A stretch of DNA of 64,000 nt from contig DASZTF010000044.1 of assembly GCA_035548315.1 (NCBI GenBank), positions 31,484 to 95,483 of the forward strand. Direction: 5' to 3'. Position numbers and translations under genes: made by a program. This stretch comes from Minisyncoccota bacterium (lineage in GTDB: Bacteria; Patescibacteriota; Minisyncoccia; Phycocordibacterales; Phycocordibacteraceae). Position 1 is the stretch's first letter. Each line of letters starts with the position of its first letter. Below, piece after piece: positions 47,018-57,100 of the stretch. The notes beneath the pieces were generated by a model, which did not search any database, was not told the DNA's origin, and was given only the letters and a program-made list of their open reading frames with translations.

Positions 47018-47688
47018 GAGGCGGGTACCTTCGCGAGCAGGGTATCGATGAGCTGCTGCATTTGGCTATAGGAGAATGCGCCCTGTATGGGGATCGTCGC
47101 GTGGCCCTCGATGAATACGACCGTGTAGGGTGCGCCTGACGCGCCTGCACTGAGGGCGTCTTTCGTTTGTGCAGCCACGAGTGGCGCATAGGTCTGGCTG
47201 GCAAGACAGGAAGCAAATGAGGTGGAGTCTATCCCGAGCGGCGTGATGAATGGTGCATACGACGCTGCGCCGCTGAGCCCATCAGCACTACCGCTCGCCG
47301 CTACCGTGTCAATAAATTTGAAGAACGTATTGGTCCCCCCGAGCGCACCCACGCATTCTGACGCTTCGGCTAGCTCCTCGGCGTTCGCGTATTGATCAGT
47401 AAGCGGCAGGTGGCGGTAGACCCACGCGACACTGCCGTTCTTGCCGTACGCGGCGATCACATTCTCCATGACCGTTTGGAAGCTTCTGCAGTACGGCGAC
47501 TCGATATCGCAGTATTCAACAAACACGATGGGTGCTGCCGGATCGCCGAGGATATGGTCGGTCGTGGTGACGGGCGAGAGGCTCGCCGGTGAACTCGAGG
47601 GTTTCTGATCTACGAAAAAGTACCACCCGATCCCAAGGAGTATCAGGGCGATGACGACAATGACTATCCAGATCGCGGTCCGACGCAT
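47014..47688 (-). CDS. Membrane-anchored DsbA/BdbD-like thioredoxin-fold protein with atypical active site
   Basis: DHILGDP.AP...VEYCDIESPYC, WVYRHLPL, AEASEC, G.SGAP, I.GA. Confidence 0.85.
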   Translation of the reverse strand: MRRTAIWIVIVVIALILLGIGWYFFVDQKPSSSPASLSPVTTTDHILGDPAAPIVFVEYCDIESPYCRSFQTVMENVIAAYGKNGSVAWVYRHLPLTDQYANAEELAEASECVGALGGTNTFFKFIDTVAASGSADGLSGAASYAPFITPLGIDSTSFASCLASQTYAPLVAAQTKDALSAGASGAPYTVVFIEGHATIPIQGAFSYSQMQQLIDTLLAKVPAS

Positions 47689-47703
47689 GCAAGTACGATA
47701 CCA

Positions 47704-48282
47704 CTAAAAAGGGAGCGTATGCGTCATCGATGCGGCCTCGCTTTCCTTGCGCCACGCAGAGGTGTCGAGCTTGATATCGCGGAGCTGGTTCAAATCCTTG
47801 TACTTTACGGCGCTGTGTTTGAGAGCGTAGTCGTAGAGCTCGCGGGTGAGGCGCACATCCATAAGGCAGTACTCTTTTACTTTGTCTCGGAGGCCCTGAT
47901 CCCACCAGGTACCGGCGAGCGCGCCTTCGCCGATCTTGCCTTTCCCAAGTGTCGCTTGTGCGAGCGAGTCGAGGCGCAGCCGCCGGCCGAGCGCTCGGTA
48001 CACCTCTGCCATAAGGTCGAGCGAGCGGATTTTGGTAAGATCGCCGGGGTAGTAGCGGTTGAGGAGCGGAATATCAAAGTAGTCGGAGTTGTAGCCGATC
48101 AGCATATCGGCGCGCTCGAGCACGGGCCAGAGCTTGGGTAGTTCCTCGCGCTCGTACGCGACGTATTCTCCGGTCTCAGAGTCGTGGACGCCCACCACGA
48201 TGAGCTCCATTTCGTTGATATCGAGACGCCCGCGCACGGGGGACGTCGAACGGGTCTCGATATCGAACGTAATTTCCCGCAT
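47704..48282 (-). CDS. RNase H-like DEDD 3'-5' exonuclease (YprB/RNase_H_2-like)
   Basis: FDIET, IGYNSDYFD, SLDL, LDSLA, YCLMDV. Confidence 0.85.
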   Translation of the reverse strand: MREITFDIETRSTSPVRGRLDINEMELIVVGVHDSETGEYVAYEREELPKLWPVLERADMLIGYNSDYFDIPLLNRYYPGDLTKIRSLDLMAEVYRALGRRLRLDSLAQATLGKGKIGEGALAGTWWDQGLRDKVKEYCLMDVRLTRELYDYALKHSAVKYKDLNQLRDIKLDTSAWRKESEAASMTHTLPF

Positions 48283-48283
48283 G

Positions 48284-49546
48284 CTAGTGCATTACCCGCG
48301 CCGCCACTTCTCCACGCGGGATTTCTTCCTCCGAACTCGTTGCGAGCGTTTTGAGTCGCACCGTGCCGGTTTCCGCTTCGTTCTTACCAAATGCGGCAAA
48401 GTAGGGAATGCCGCGCTTCACGGCTTCCTTAACTTGGTCGCCGAGCGACTTTTCGGCCAGGTTCATGAATACGCGGACGCCGCTTTTACGCAGTTCGTCG
48501 GCAAACGACCGCGCTGCCGGAAGGTCTTCAGGGCTCGGTGTGCCGACGTAGATGTCAGCGCTTGCGGCGATATGTACCGCATAGCCGTGCGTGGTGAGGA
48601 AGTCCATGAGCGTGACATCCCCGAAGGCGAATCCGACCGCAGGGATGGGATCACCACCAAAGAGTGTGACGAGACCATCATAGCGACCACCGCCAAAGAG
48701 CGAGCGTGCGTTCTCGGGATTGGTGTCGAATATTTCAAACACGGTGCCGGTGTAGTAGTCGAAGCCGCGCACGACATCGAGATCGAGGACGGCGTTACCG
48801 ACACTGCGCGCCTTGAGCGTTTCGATGAATGATTCGAGGCGCGCTTTTTCCGCCGCGACGCCCGCATCCGTACCCGCCTCAATGACGGCGAGAGGATCTG
48901 CCGTGAATTCTTTGCGTGCCGATTCAAATTCTTCCTTGCTCATCTTTGATTTGCGGTCGATGAGCTGCCAGTAATGGCGGGCGTGTTCACCTTCAGCAAG
49001 ACCGGCAACTTCCGATGCGAGGCGCAGCAGCTTGCGCGAGTTTACGTGGATAGAAAAGTCTGCTTCCGATGCGCCAAATGCGATGAGAAGGTCGTGCGCG
49101 AGCGTGACCATTTCAAGATCGGCTTCGCCCTCTGGAAGACCCACGAGGTCGATGTCGGTCTGGTAGAACTCGCGGAGGCGGCCCTTTTGCATGCGTTCGT
49201 AGCGGAAACGGTTACCAATTGAGAACCAACGGAGGGGATAGGTGAGCTCGCGGCGCTTAGCGGCCACCATGCGCGCAAGCGATGGTGTCATCTCGGGACG
49301 CAGCGTGACGCGGCGATCGCCGCGGTCGGTGAAGGTATAGGTCTGCTCGTTCACAATTTCCTCGTTCCCCTTGCTCTCGTAGAGTTCCGCGCGCTCGAGT
49401 GGGGAAGCGTTGTACTCCTCATAGCCGTAGGAGGCGAGGAGTTCACGGGTGCGGTTAAAGAGGGCCTGCATCTTCCCCCAATCGGCGGGGTAGAAATCGC
49501 GCACGCCCTTATAAGGCTCGGTGGAAAGCGGCTGCCGGTCGGTCAT
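48284..49546 (-). CDS. hisS: Histidine-tRNA ligase
   Basis: KGVRDFYP, LRPEMT, FRYERMQKGRLREFYQ, VRGFDYYTG, GGGRYD, AVGFAFG. Confidence 0.97.
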   Translation of the reverse strand: MTDRQPLSTEPYKGVRDFYPADWGKMQALFNRTRELLASYGYEEYNASPLERAELYESKGNEEIVNEQTYTFTDRGDRRVTLRPEMTPSLARMVAAKRRELTYPLRWFSIGNRFRYERMQKGRLREFYQTDIDLVGLPEGEADLEMVTLAHDLLIAFGASEADFSIHVNSRKLLRLASEVAGLAEGEHARHYWQLIDRKSKMSKEEFESARKEFTADPLAVIEAGTDAGVAAEKARLESFIETLKARSVGNAVLDLDVVRGFDYYTGTVFEIFDTNPENARSLFGGGRYDGLVTLFGGDPIPAVGFAFGDVTLMDFLTTHGYAVHIAASADIYVGTPSPEDLPAARSFADELRKSGVRVFMNLAEKSLGDQVKEAVKRGIPYFAAFGKNEAETGTVRLKTLATSSEEEIPRGEVAARVMH

Positions 49547-49569
49547 TTAGGCAGTTTACCACGCCTTAT

Positions 49570-50124
49570 TTACGGCTGGGCAGTCGGATGGAGCGCCGAG
49601 ATTTCGCGGAGGATGAGGTCGCGGATGCCCTCGGGATTCGGGATGCCACCCATCAAAAAGTGCTGCGAGGCGTCGCCTGCGGTCTCGACCCGGAGCGTGC
49701 CGTAGCCAAAAAGCGTGGGGAAGAGTCCGTTCACATCGGTCGTGACGTCTTGCACATGACCCAAGAGGAAGCTCGAGACGTGTCGGTCGAAGAACCCATA
49801 CTGATGGATATCCACGATGCGGGTGGTGGTAATGACCCATTGGTCGAGATAGTAGCGCGTGAATGTGTTAAAGGTGCCGGTCCACAGCACGAGCCAGTAG
49901 AGCCCGAGGGCGAGCCGCATGAGGGGATTACTGAGACTGAGATCACCGGTCACACCGCTTGCAAATGATGGGTTTGCGGCGATCAGTCCAGATGCAAATG
50001 AAAGAACAAAAAGCGGCACGAGCGCCAGGATGAAGTAGGGGAGGAGCTCAAGGGTAAAGACGAACCAGTGCTTGCGCACCGCAAGCGTGATGGATTCTCC
50101 GGGTTCGAGGGTGAATTCTTCCAT
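49570..50124 (-). CDS. Membrane protein with bacterial PH (bPH_2-like) domain
   Basis: RKHW, two TMs, WVIT..RI.D..Q.GFF, VQDV, FGYGTL.VETAG, IPNP. Confidence 0.75.
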   Translation of the reverse strand: MEEFTLEPGESITLAVRKHWFVFTLELLPYFILALVPLFVLSFASGLIAANPSFASGVTGDLSLSNPLMRLALGLYWLVLWTGTFNTFTRYYLDQWVITTTRIVDIHQYGFFDRHVSSFLLGHVQDVTTDVNGLFPTLFGYGTLRVETAGDASQHFLMGGIPNPEGIRDLILREISALHPTAQP

Positions 50125-50127
50125 ATA

Positions 50128-50382
50128 TTAGAGGCCGGTCGCGGCAAAGCCGATAAGTGCGAGCGATACGAATATGTGCACACAAATCGCAGGTATCGCG
50201 ATCGGTGAGCGGTGTCCGTAGCGCATCCAGTGGTACACGGCGATGGCGCTATATATAAGCACAAGCGCGATCGCGAACCAGAACAACGCGAACGCTACCG
50301 TGCTCACATTTGCCACGCCGAAGGTGGATGAAAAGAGCGACGGGAACTGCGGTGCGAGGACGAGCGTCGTCGTGCTGTGCAT
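50128..50382 (-). CDS. Small two-TM membrane protein
   Basis: Two hydrophobic helices flanking YHWMRYG; tightly packed in the prmC-hisS run. Confidence 0.7.
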   Translation of the reverse strand: MHSTTTLVLAPQFPSLFSSTFGVANVSTVAFALFWFAIALVLIYSAIAVYHWMRYGHRSPIAIPAICVHIFVSLALIGFAATGL

Positions 50383-50385
50383 GCG

Positions 50386-51114
50386 CTAATAGTATCCCAC
50401 GACGAGGCGTGGTCTCCCATAGGGGTCCGTGCGTAACTCCGCGCGCAAAGCGCGCGCGGCGATGAGCGCTTCGGCGACAGAGGCATGCTCGCTGTCGCAC
50501 TCGAGCCATAGTTCGCCGCCCACAGTGAGGTGCCTCGGTGCTTCTGCGGCAATGCGGCGGATAAGTCCGAGCCCGTCTGCACCCGCTCGCAGCGCTTCGC
50601 GGGGTTCGAAGTCCGTTACGCTCGCATCGAGCGCGCGCTCATCGGGAATATAGGGCGGGTTCGCGGCGATAATGTCGAAGCGCTCGCCTGCAAGCGGGGC
50701 AAAAAGATCGCCGGTGTGCACCTGCGCCCGCGATTCGTCGAGACCATTCTCGCGGATATTTTTCCGAATAGTCTGTTCGTGTTCTGGTATGAGTTCTGCA
50801 AATGTCACCTGTACGTTGGGGACGTGTTTCAGCACTGCGCAGCCGACGGCGCCCGAGCCCGCACAGAGGTCAAGTACGCGCATCGGGCGGTCCCCGATGT
50901 AGTTGAGCAGCTCCTCGGTCCACCACTCAGTCTCGGGTCGGGGGATAAGCGGCTTAGAGTCGAGGTGGATGCGAAGCCCCAAAAATGGCTGCCACCCGAT
51001 GACGTACGCCAGCGGCTCGCCTGCGGCGAGCCGGCCCTTGTCCGTCTCAAGTTCGCTGCTGTCGGCGTGACCTTCGTATTTCTCGCGGATGAGCCACGCG
51101 GTGTCGGTATCCAT
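50386..51114 (-). CDS. prmC: Release factor glutamine methyltransferase (HemK/PrmC)
   Basis: GEPLAYVIG, LIPRPETE, LDLCAGSG, NPPY, EP..AL..G.DGL; start placed at MDTDTAW (the longer ORF overlaps the RRM gene). Confidence 0.93.
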   Translation of the reverse strand: MDTDTAWLIREKYEGHADSSELETDKGRLAAGEPLAYVIGWQPFLGLRIHLDSKPLIPRPETEWWTEELLNYIGDRPMRVLDLCAGSGAVGCAVLKHVPNVQVTFAELIPEHEQTIRKNIRENGLDESRAQVHTGDLFAPLAGERFDIIAANPPYIPDERALDASVTDFEPREALRAGADGLGLIRRIAAEAPRHLTVGGELWLECDSEHASVAEALIAARALRAELRTDPYGRPRLVVGYY

Positions 51115-51184
51115 GGAGTTGAGCATACTCGATACGATAAAGAAAAACACCCGCCGGAGCGGGTGCTTTTCTATACATCGGGAT

Positions 51185-51553
51185 TTAGTAGCTGCTGCCG
51201 CCGAATCCGCCGCGATCGCCTCCGCGACCACCGCCGAATCCGCCGCCGTAACCGCCTCCGCGATTACCACCGAAACCGCCGCGATCACCTGCCGGGCGTT
51301 CACCCTGCGGGCGCGCGAACGATACGGAGAGGGTGCGTCCACCGAACTCCTTACCGTCCCAGCGATCGATAGCAGCCTGGGCCATAGCCTCGTCTGCCAT
51401 TTCCACGAAACCGAATCCGCGGGAGCGGCCGGTCATGCGGTCAGTGATAATGCTTACCGACGAGACCGTGCCTGCCTCTTCAAAGGCTGCGCGGAGCTCA
51501 TCTTCAGTCGAGCGGTAAGGAATACCGCCGATGTACAACTTATTGGTTGCCAT
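51185..51553 (-). CDS. RRM-domain RNA-binding protein with Gly/Arg-rich tail
   Basis: RNP2 KLYIGGI, RNP1 RGFGFVEM, RGG-rich tail. Confidence 0.95.
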   Translation of the reverse strand: MATNKLYIGGIPYRSTEDELRAAFEEAGTVSSVSIITDRMTGRSRGFGFVEMADEAMAQAAIDRWDGKEFGGRTLSVSFARPQGERPAGDRGGFGGNRGGGYGGGFGGGRGGDRGGFGGSSY

Positions 51554-51699
51554 GTGGCTTGAATGATTTTTTAACCTCGCTCTCACAAGACACTTTTGGG
51601 CATCTCGGCCGAGAAGCTCACGTTGCTGCGAGTTAGGCTGATTATGCTACAGAGTAGGAAAATATGCAACTTGGCAAGTACCGAGTGTGGATAAGGCAC

Positions 51700-52926
51700 T
51701 TATTCGTAGCGTAACGCATCGATAGGGTTCATGCGGGCGGCGCGGCGGGCGGGGTACCAGCCGAAGCCCACGCCGATTGCTGCCGATACGCCGAACGCGA
51801 GCAGGATCGAGGAGATAGAGACCTGGGGGGAGAGCAGTCCGGTAAGCGATATGCCGAACGACACCAACCACCCGAGTATGACGCCCGTAACGCCGCCGAT
51901 CATGGTGAGGGCAAGCGCCTCAAGCAGGAACTGGCGGTTGATATCGCTACTTGAGGCGCCGACGGCCTTGCGCAAACCGATTTCGCGCGTGCGCTCCGTC
52001 ACCGTAGTGAGCATCATGTTCATGATGCCGATACCGCCCACGACGAGACTGATGCCAGCGACCGCTGCGAGGAGCAATGTGAACGTGCCGGTGACCGATG
52101 ACGCCGTCGAAATAATGTCCGCTTGATTCAGGATGCTAAAGTCGGCATTTGCCGCATCGGCGAGGTGGTGCTGCGCAAGGAGCAAATCGGTGACATCGCT
52201 CTGTACCTGCGTCATGTCGGCGCTATCCGCAGCCTGGATATCAATAGAGGTAAGGTAGGCATCACCGGCGAAATATCGTCCGGCTGTGGTGTAGGGGATG
52301 TAGATCATATCGTCCTGGTTCGTGAATCCCGATCCACCTTTCGCGACCGTGACGCCGATCACGGTGAAGAGCTGCCCCTTGATGCGGATACTCTGGCCGA
52401 TAGCATCCGCCGCCGTAGCGGTATCGCCAAAAAGGTCGGTCACCGTCGTGGGACCAAGTACGGCAACCTTCGAGAGCGCTGCAGCGTGGCTCGCCGTAAT
52501 GAACGATCCCTGATCGATTGATACATTGCGTATCGTCGCATATGTGGGGGAGACGCCGTCCACGGTGGTGTTGGTGTTCGTGCCCTTGGCGGTCACTTGG
52601 TAGCGGCCCGACACCTCTTCCGCGACTTCTGAAATACCGGCCACCTGCGCGGTAATTGCTTGTGCGTCCTCGATGGTAAGCGTCTTGCTACTGCCACGGC
52701 CGGCCGAGACACCAGCCGTGCGGGTCGCGCCAGGATACACAATGAGCAGGTTACTACCGAGCGATTCTATCGATGACTGAATCGTCGCTTGGGCACCATT
52801 CCCGATCGAGACCATCGCGATCACCGACGCGATGCCGATCACGATGCCGAGTATGGTGAGACCCGAGCGGACTTTATTGGCCGAGAGTGCGGTCGCTGTT
52901 TCTTCAAAAGTGTCGCGGAGTTTCAT
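51700..52926 (-). CDS. MacB/FtsX-family ABC permease
   Basis: RSGLTILGIVIGIASV, SLVVGGIGIMNMML..V.ERTREIGLRKAVGA, PA.RAA.M.PIDALRYE. Confidence 0.95.
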   Translation of the reverse strand: MKLRDTFEETATALSANKVRSGLTILGIVIGIASVIAMVSIGNGAQATIQSSIESLGSNLLIVYPGATRTAGVSAGRGSSKTLTIEDAQAITAQVAGISEVAEEVSGRYQVTAKGTNTNTTVDGVSPTYATIRNVSIDQGSFITASHAAALSKVAVLGPTTVTDLFGDTATAADAIGQSIRIKGQLFTVIGVTVAKGGSGFTNQDDMIYIPYTTAGRYFAGDAYLTSIDIQAADSADMTQVQSDVTDLLLAQHHLADAANADFSILNQADIISTASSVTGTFTLLLAAVAGISLVVGGIGIMNMMLTTVTERTREIGLRKAVGASSSDINRQFLLEALALTMIGGVTGVILGWLVSFGISLTGLLSPQVSISSILLAFGVSAAIGVGFGWYPARRAARMNPIDALRYE

Positions 52927-52927
52927 A

Positions 52928-53629
52928 TTATTTTTTGCCGTCGGCCCGCGCGGTCGGTGTGTCACTCACGATGCGTCCGTCTTTCACGCGGATTATGCGC
53001 TTGGCATGCTCTGCCACGTCCTCTTCGTGGGTAATGATGACCACGGTGCGGCCGTGTTCCTCGTTCAATTTTTGAAACGTTTCGAGTACTACCTCAGTAG
53101 TTTTGCTGTCGAGGTTCCCCGTTGGCTCGTCAGCAAGTACGAGTGACGGTTCATTCACAAGCGCGCGTGCGATAGCCACGCGCTGGATCTGACCGCCCGA
53201 GAGCTGGTTCGATTTATGGGTGAACAGCGACTCATCGAGTCCCGCAGCGCGCAGCGAAGCACGTGCACGCAGATCGCGTTCGGCCTCGGGTACGTCGGCG
53301 TACACCAAGGGCAGCATCACATTACGCAGCACGGTGGTGCGCGGAAGAAGATTGAACGCCTGGAACACGAACCCTATGCGGCGCTTCCTGATGTCAGCGA
53401 GCTCGTCGGCGGTGAGCGTGGAAACGTCTTCGCCATCGAGTACATAGGTGCCAGACGTAGGCGTGTCGAGTGCGCCCAGAATATGCATGAGCGTCGACTT
53501 ACCAGATCCCGAGGGGCCCATGATCGCCACAAATTCGCCATCCGTGATGGTGAAGGACACCCCAGAAAGCGCATGGGTCTCGATGTCTCCCGTGTGGTAC
53601 GTCTTCCTAATGTCGCGGACCTCGATCAT
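52928..53629 (-). CDS. ABC ATP-binding protein (MacB/LolD type)
   Basis: GPSGSGKST, GFVFQ.FNL, LSGGQ, LADEPTGNLD. Confidence 0.96.
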   Translation of the reverse strand: MIEVRDIRKTYHTGDIETHALSGVSFTITDGEFVAIMGPSGSGKSTLMHILGALDTPTSGTYVLDGEDVSTLTADELADIRKRRIGFVFQAFNLLPRTTVLRNVMLPLVYADVPEAERDLRARASLRAAGLDESLFTHKSNQLSGGQIQRVAIARALVNEPSLVLADEPTGNLDSKTTEVVLETFQKLNEEHGRTVVIITHEEDVAEHAKRIIRVKDGRIVSDTPTARADGKK

Positions 53630-53631
53630 GG

Positions 53632-55500
53632 CTATCCGCCAGCGCGGAATACGGCCGCGCCACCGCCGAACCCTCCGGCGGGGCGTGCGGTGCCAGCACC
53701 GAATCCGCCAGTAGTACGCGTGGTGCCCGAGGTCGTGGCGCTCGCGGTCGTCCCGGTCTTAGTCGCCGTGACCACCAGCTGTCCTCCTACAAGCCCCTGC
53801 ACGATCTGGGTTTCGGTGTCGTTACTGATGCCGACTTCAACGGGCACACGGGTCACGGTCACGCTCGAGGCGTCGACGGTTTCCGTGGAGGCTGCGCCGC
53901 CGCGCACTGAGCCTCCGGCGAATGCGCGTGTCGAGGAACTTGTGGAATCCGTCTCCATACGCGGGCTCGTGGTCGCAGTATCGCTCGTGGTAGAAGCGTA
54001 GCGACCGAATGCGCGCGTGGTGGTCGCGAGTGCCGGTGCCCCCGTGGTTACGACTTGCACGTAACTTTTGCCACCGACGGTCGTCACCGCAGAGCTCGGG
54101 ACGATGATCGCGTCATCGACCGATGAGGTCGTGATCACCGCATCTACGGTCATGCCGGGTTTCACTCGGGCGTCTTGGGTATCAAAGGCGATCTTCGCGT
54201 CGTAGGTCACCACTCCGTTGCTGACCGTACCCACGCTGTCGATTTCTGCTACCGTACCCGCGATCGTGAGACCGTCGACTGCGTCAAAGGTGAGCGTCGC
54301 CTTCTGACCGTTCTGCACTTTAGCCGCATCGACTTCGTTTAGCGAGAGGTCCGCGTACTCTTCATTCGTAATAAGCGTGGCGACGGCGCCCGAGGCCTGG
54401 TCGTGGACTTGGACATCGACTTTTGCAATTGTCCCGTCAAACGGTGCCACCACGACGTAATTAGCGAGGGTGGTCTTTGCGTCCGCGACGGCGTTCTCGG
54501 CTTTGGTGAGTGCGAGTTGCGCCGACTGGATATCAAGCGGCGTCGAACCGGCATTACCAAGCGTCGCGGTCGATGATTCGAAGCTCGTCTTCGCCGTATA
54601 GACATTCGAGACCGCGTTCGTCATCGTTGTATCGTCGTTCGCGATAGTAGAAAGTTTGCCGGTAAAAGATGCGGGAATGGTGACGTCGTTGCGGGTGAGT
54701 TTGTCGTTTACTGCCGTCATCGTCGTGTGGGTGAGGCTAGTCGCGCTCGCGGCGTCGGTTGCGGCCTGATACGCGGCCGTCGCCAGGTGTTCGATATCGC
54801 TGTCGGAGGAGGTGGGGGAGATGCCGATGGCGGCGGTGAGTGCTGCCTGGTAGGAAGCTTCGGCTGCTTGGTACGCACTCTTAATCTGGCTGCGTGCCGC
54901 ATCCCCCTCGCTCCCGCCGATCACGCTCGCGAACGCATCAATGCCGAGCTGGTTCTGATGTTCTGGAATAGAGGAGATTTGATAGAGCGTGCTGTTGAGG
55001 TCCTTGAGGACGCTCGATGCGTCCGTGATAGCACTCGACGCTGCTGAGAATGCGTCACCTGAGGCTTTGGTTTTACTCGTGCCTGCGCTCGTCACGGCTT
55101 GCTGGTACGTGATCTGCGCACTCACGAGCGAGGCTTCAGCGTCGCGCAGGGATTCTGCCGCGGTTGTATCATCGACGCGTGCAATGACGGTGCCCGCAGA
55201 TACGGTGTCGCCGGCTTTCACTCCTACATAGGTCACCTCGCCGGATGACTTTGGCGTAAGTTCGAGGGTCTGGTTGGCCGCCACCTGGCCACTCCCAGTC
55301 ACGCTCGCGGTGAGCGTACCGTGGCGAGCCGCTGTGACTACATACTGCGTGCCGGCTGCCGCATTCTGGTAGTGCGCGTACACCGCATAGCCGCCGAGCA
55401 GCACGATCACAAGCATGACCGCGCTCCATACTTTATGCGCGCGCACCCAACTCAGGAGATGGCTAATGCGATTCTTGAGGGTGGTAAAAAATGAAGTCAT
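53632..55500 (-). CDS. Membrane fusion / adaptor protein (MacA/HlyD type) with long alpha-hairpin
   Basis: N-terminal TM, SGEV..V.V..GD.V..G (lipoyl half), long coiled coil, APFDG.I, GMT, VP..AV, VEVGIS. Confidence 0.9.
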   Translation of the reverse strand: MTSFFTTLKNRISHLLSWVRAHKVWSAVMLVIVLLGGYAVYAHYQNAAAGTQYVVTAARHGTLTASVTGSGQVAANQTLELTPKSSGEVTYVGVKAGDTVSAGTVIARVDDTTAAESLRDAEASLVSAQITYQQAVTSAGTSKTKASGDAFSAASSAITDASSVLKDLNSTLYQISSIPEHQNQLGIDAFASVIGGSEGDAARSQIKSAYQAAEASYQAALTAAIGISPTSSDSDIEHLATAAYQAATDAASATSLTHTTMTAVNDKLTRNDVTIPASFTGKLSTIANDDTTMTNAVSNVYTAKTSFESSTATLGNAGSTPLDIQSAQLALTKAENAVADAKTTLANYVVVAPFDGTIAKVDVQVHDQASGAVATLITNEEYADLSLNEVDAAKVQNGQKATLTFDAVDGLTIAGTVAEIDSVGTVSNGVVTYDAKIAFDTQDARVKPGMTVDAVITTSSVDDAIIVPSSAVTTVGGKSYVQVVTTGAPALATTTRAFGRYASTTSDTATTSPRMETDSTSSSTRAFAGGSVRGGAASTETVDASSVTVTRVPVEVGISNDTETQIVQGLVGGQLVVTATKTGTTASATTSGTTRTTGGFGAGTARPAGGFGGGAAVFRAGG

Positions 55501-55533
55501 ATGCAGCATGAATACGCGTGAATAATGAGCCTT

Positions 55534-56019
55534 CTACTTCTGGCTCGTGCTCGAGCTGTTCGGTGCTGCACCCGGCGGGGGCAGGACACGGATCAGAGTC
55601 GCGTCCACAGTGCCGTCGTCGGTCGGGCTGCCGAGCACCACGACGTATTGCCCGATCGAGAGATCGCTCGGCGCAAGTGATTTGTTGCCGTCGCGGACGA
55701 TAGTGTCGTCGTTGGTGACGATGATGCGTTCGGGCCCGCTGCCGCCCGCGATGACGAACGTGGGGAGCGTGAGGTCGATGATGCGGCCGTTCGCCCCGTG
55801 TGGATTCGGCACCCCGGTGCCAGGCATCCCGAGCATCATGCTGGGGCCGAAGTTCCGATCGTAATTTTCTTCCCAATGGCCCGCGTACTCGGCTTTATGG
55901 AAACCGACCGCGACGCCTGCTTCAAAGATAAAGACGGCGATCACCAAGCACCCGATACCGACGAGGATCGGTACGAAGCGGGGCGAGTTCATAAATGCGG
56001 AGATGCTTTTGGGATCCAT
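55534..56019 (-). CDS. Membrane-anchored hypothetical protein with small beta-rich (DUF5666-like) domain
   Basis: One TM, then T.V.......SDL.IGQ.VVV.G.....G.V.AT.I pattern. Confidence 0.6.
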   Translation of the reverse strand: MDPKSISAFMNSPRFVPILVGIGCLVIAVFIFEAGVAVGFHKAEYAGHWEENYDRNFGPSMMLGMPGTGVPNPHGANGRIIDLTLPTFVIAGGSGPERIIVTNDDTIVRDGNKSLAPSDLSIGQYVVVLGSPTDDGTVDATLIRVLPPPGAAPNSSSTSQK

Positions 56020-56024
56020 AGTGA

Positions 56025-56456
56025 TTAGGCGAACCGCTCGGTGCGCCACGCCCATGCGATGCCCGATACCACGAGTACTCGCAGCGATTGGATGAACACG
56101 GCGAGGAGTGCAAGCGAGAAGACCACTTCAGGACCAGGAAGCGATTCGAGAAGGGAGAGGAGGAACGAATGGCTGCTCCCGAGTACGGCACTGCTGTCGG
56201 TAAGTGCAAGCGAGGCGTACGTCAGGAATCCAGATGCACTCATCGCCGCCACGAGTGCTTTTCCGGCTACGATAAAGCCACCAAGGGAGAGGACTCCCGT
56301 ACAGGAAGAGAATACGAGCCGCATCCGCAATATACGGATGCGCTCCCGCGTCATTGCGCCAAACACCCGCTCGCAAAGGTATGCCGGCGCGGAATTCTGC
56401 GGAAGGGCCCCGAAGAGCCACTCGTATTCTCGTCCCATACTGCTACTACGCGCCAT
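56025..56456 (-). CDS. Membrane protein, putative anti-sigma factor
   Basis: Overlaps the ECF sigma stop; short AP..L.ERV soluble segment followed by TM helices. Confidence 0.6.
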   Translation of the reverse strand: MARSSSMGREYEWLFGALPQNSAPAYLCERVFGAMTRERIRILRMRLVFSSCTGVLSLGGFIVAGKALVAAMSASGFLTYASLALTDSSAVLGSSHSFLLSLLESLPGPEVVFSLALLAVFIQSLRVLVVSGIAWAWRTERFA

Positions 56457-57027
56457 GGTCGTGATTCGGTGCAAAGGGAAGGAGGGATGCTCTGAGCTTC
56501 CCGAGCGCCCGCCGGTGCCAGCTCTTGACCGTGTTCACGGGTGCCTCCATCGCGATAGCGATATCGTCCCAGGCGAGGTCTTCAGTATACCGCAGCACCA
56601 GGATCGCTCGGTCCCGTGGGGGCAGGTCGGTGAGTGCGTGGGCGACATGCTCAGCGAGCTCGCGGTCGGCAAAGAGCTCCGGCGGTAGTGGCGCGGGATC
56701 GGCCAGGGTGTCCTCAAATGCGGTGTCGGTACCGGGTGTTGAGAGGTCGGTAAAAAGAGTCGCGCGTTTTTTCCGCATCAGGTCACGCGCGGCGTTACGG
56801 GCAATCTCAAACAGCCAGGGTTTGAGGGCGCGAGATTCGTCAAAGCGCTTGAGGTTACGCCATGCCTTCACGAAGGTCTCTTGCGTAGCGTCTTCAGCGA
56901 GCGCGGCGTTCCCGAGGTAGCGGACGAGGAAGTTGTACACCGCGTCGATGTGCCGCTTCACGAGGAGTTCGACCGCCGCGTCGTCTCCGGCTTTGGCGCG
57001 CGCTATGAGCGGTGCATCCGGGTCCAT
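56446..57027 (-). CDS. ECF RNA polymerase sigma factor (SigW/RpoE-like)
   Basis: GD..A...L, AED..QETF.KAW, WLF.IARN...D..RK, R..L.LRY, IA......NTVKS...RA. Confidence 0.94.
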   Translation of the reverse strand: MDPDAPLIARAKAGDDAAVELLVKRHIDAVYNFLVRYLGNAALAEDATQETFVKAWRNLKRFDESRALKPWLFEIARNAARDLMRKKRATLFTDLSTPGTDTAFEDTLADPAPLPPELFADRELAEHVAHALTDLPPRDRAILVLRYTEDLAWDDIAIAMEAPVNTVKSWHRRALGKLRASLLPFAPNHDHGA

Positions 57028-57100
57028 CTACGGCATTCTACCTGTGATGCTGGCGGCGCGCTAACGCAACTCGGGGCAGTATGGAGTAGTATTAATACCC

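Noticed and set aside
51115-51342. N-terminal extensions of the prmC, nusB, purN-like and FAD oxidase ORFs in the supplied track
   Set aside because: They overlap neighbouring genes, promoters or terminators; family homology and -10 boxes indicate downstream starts
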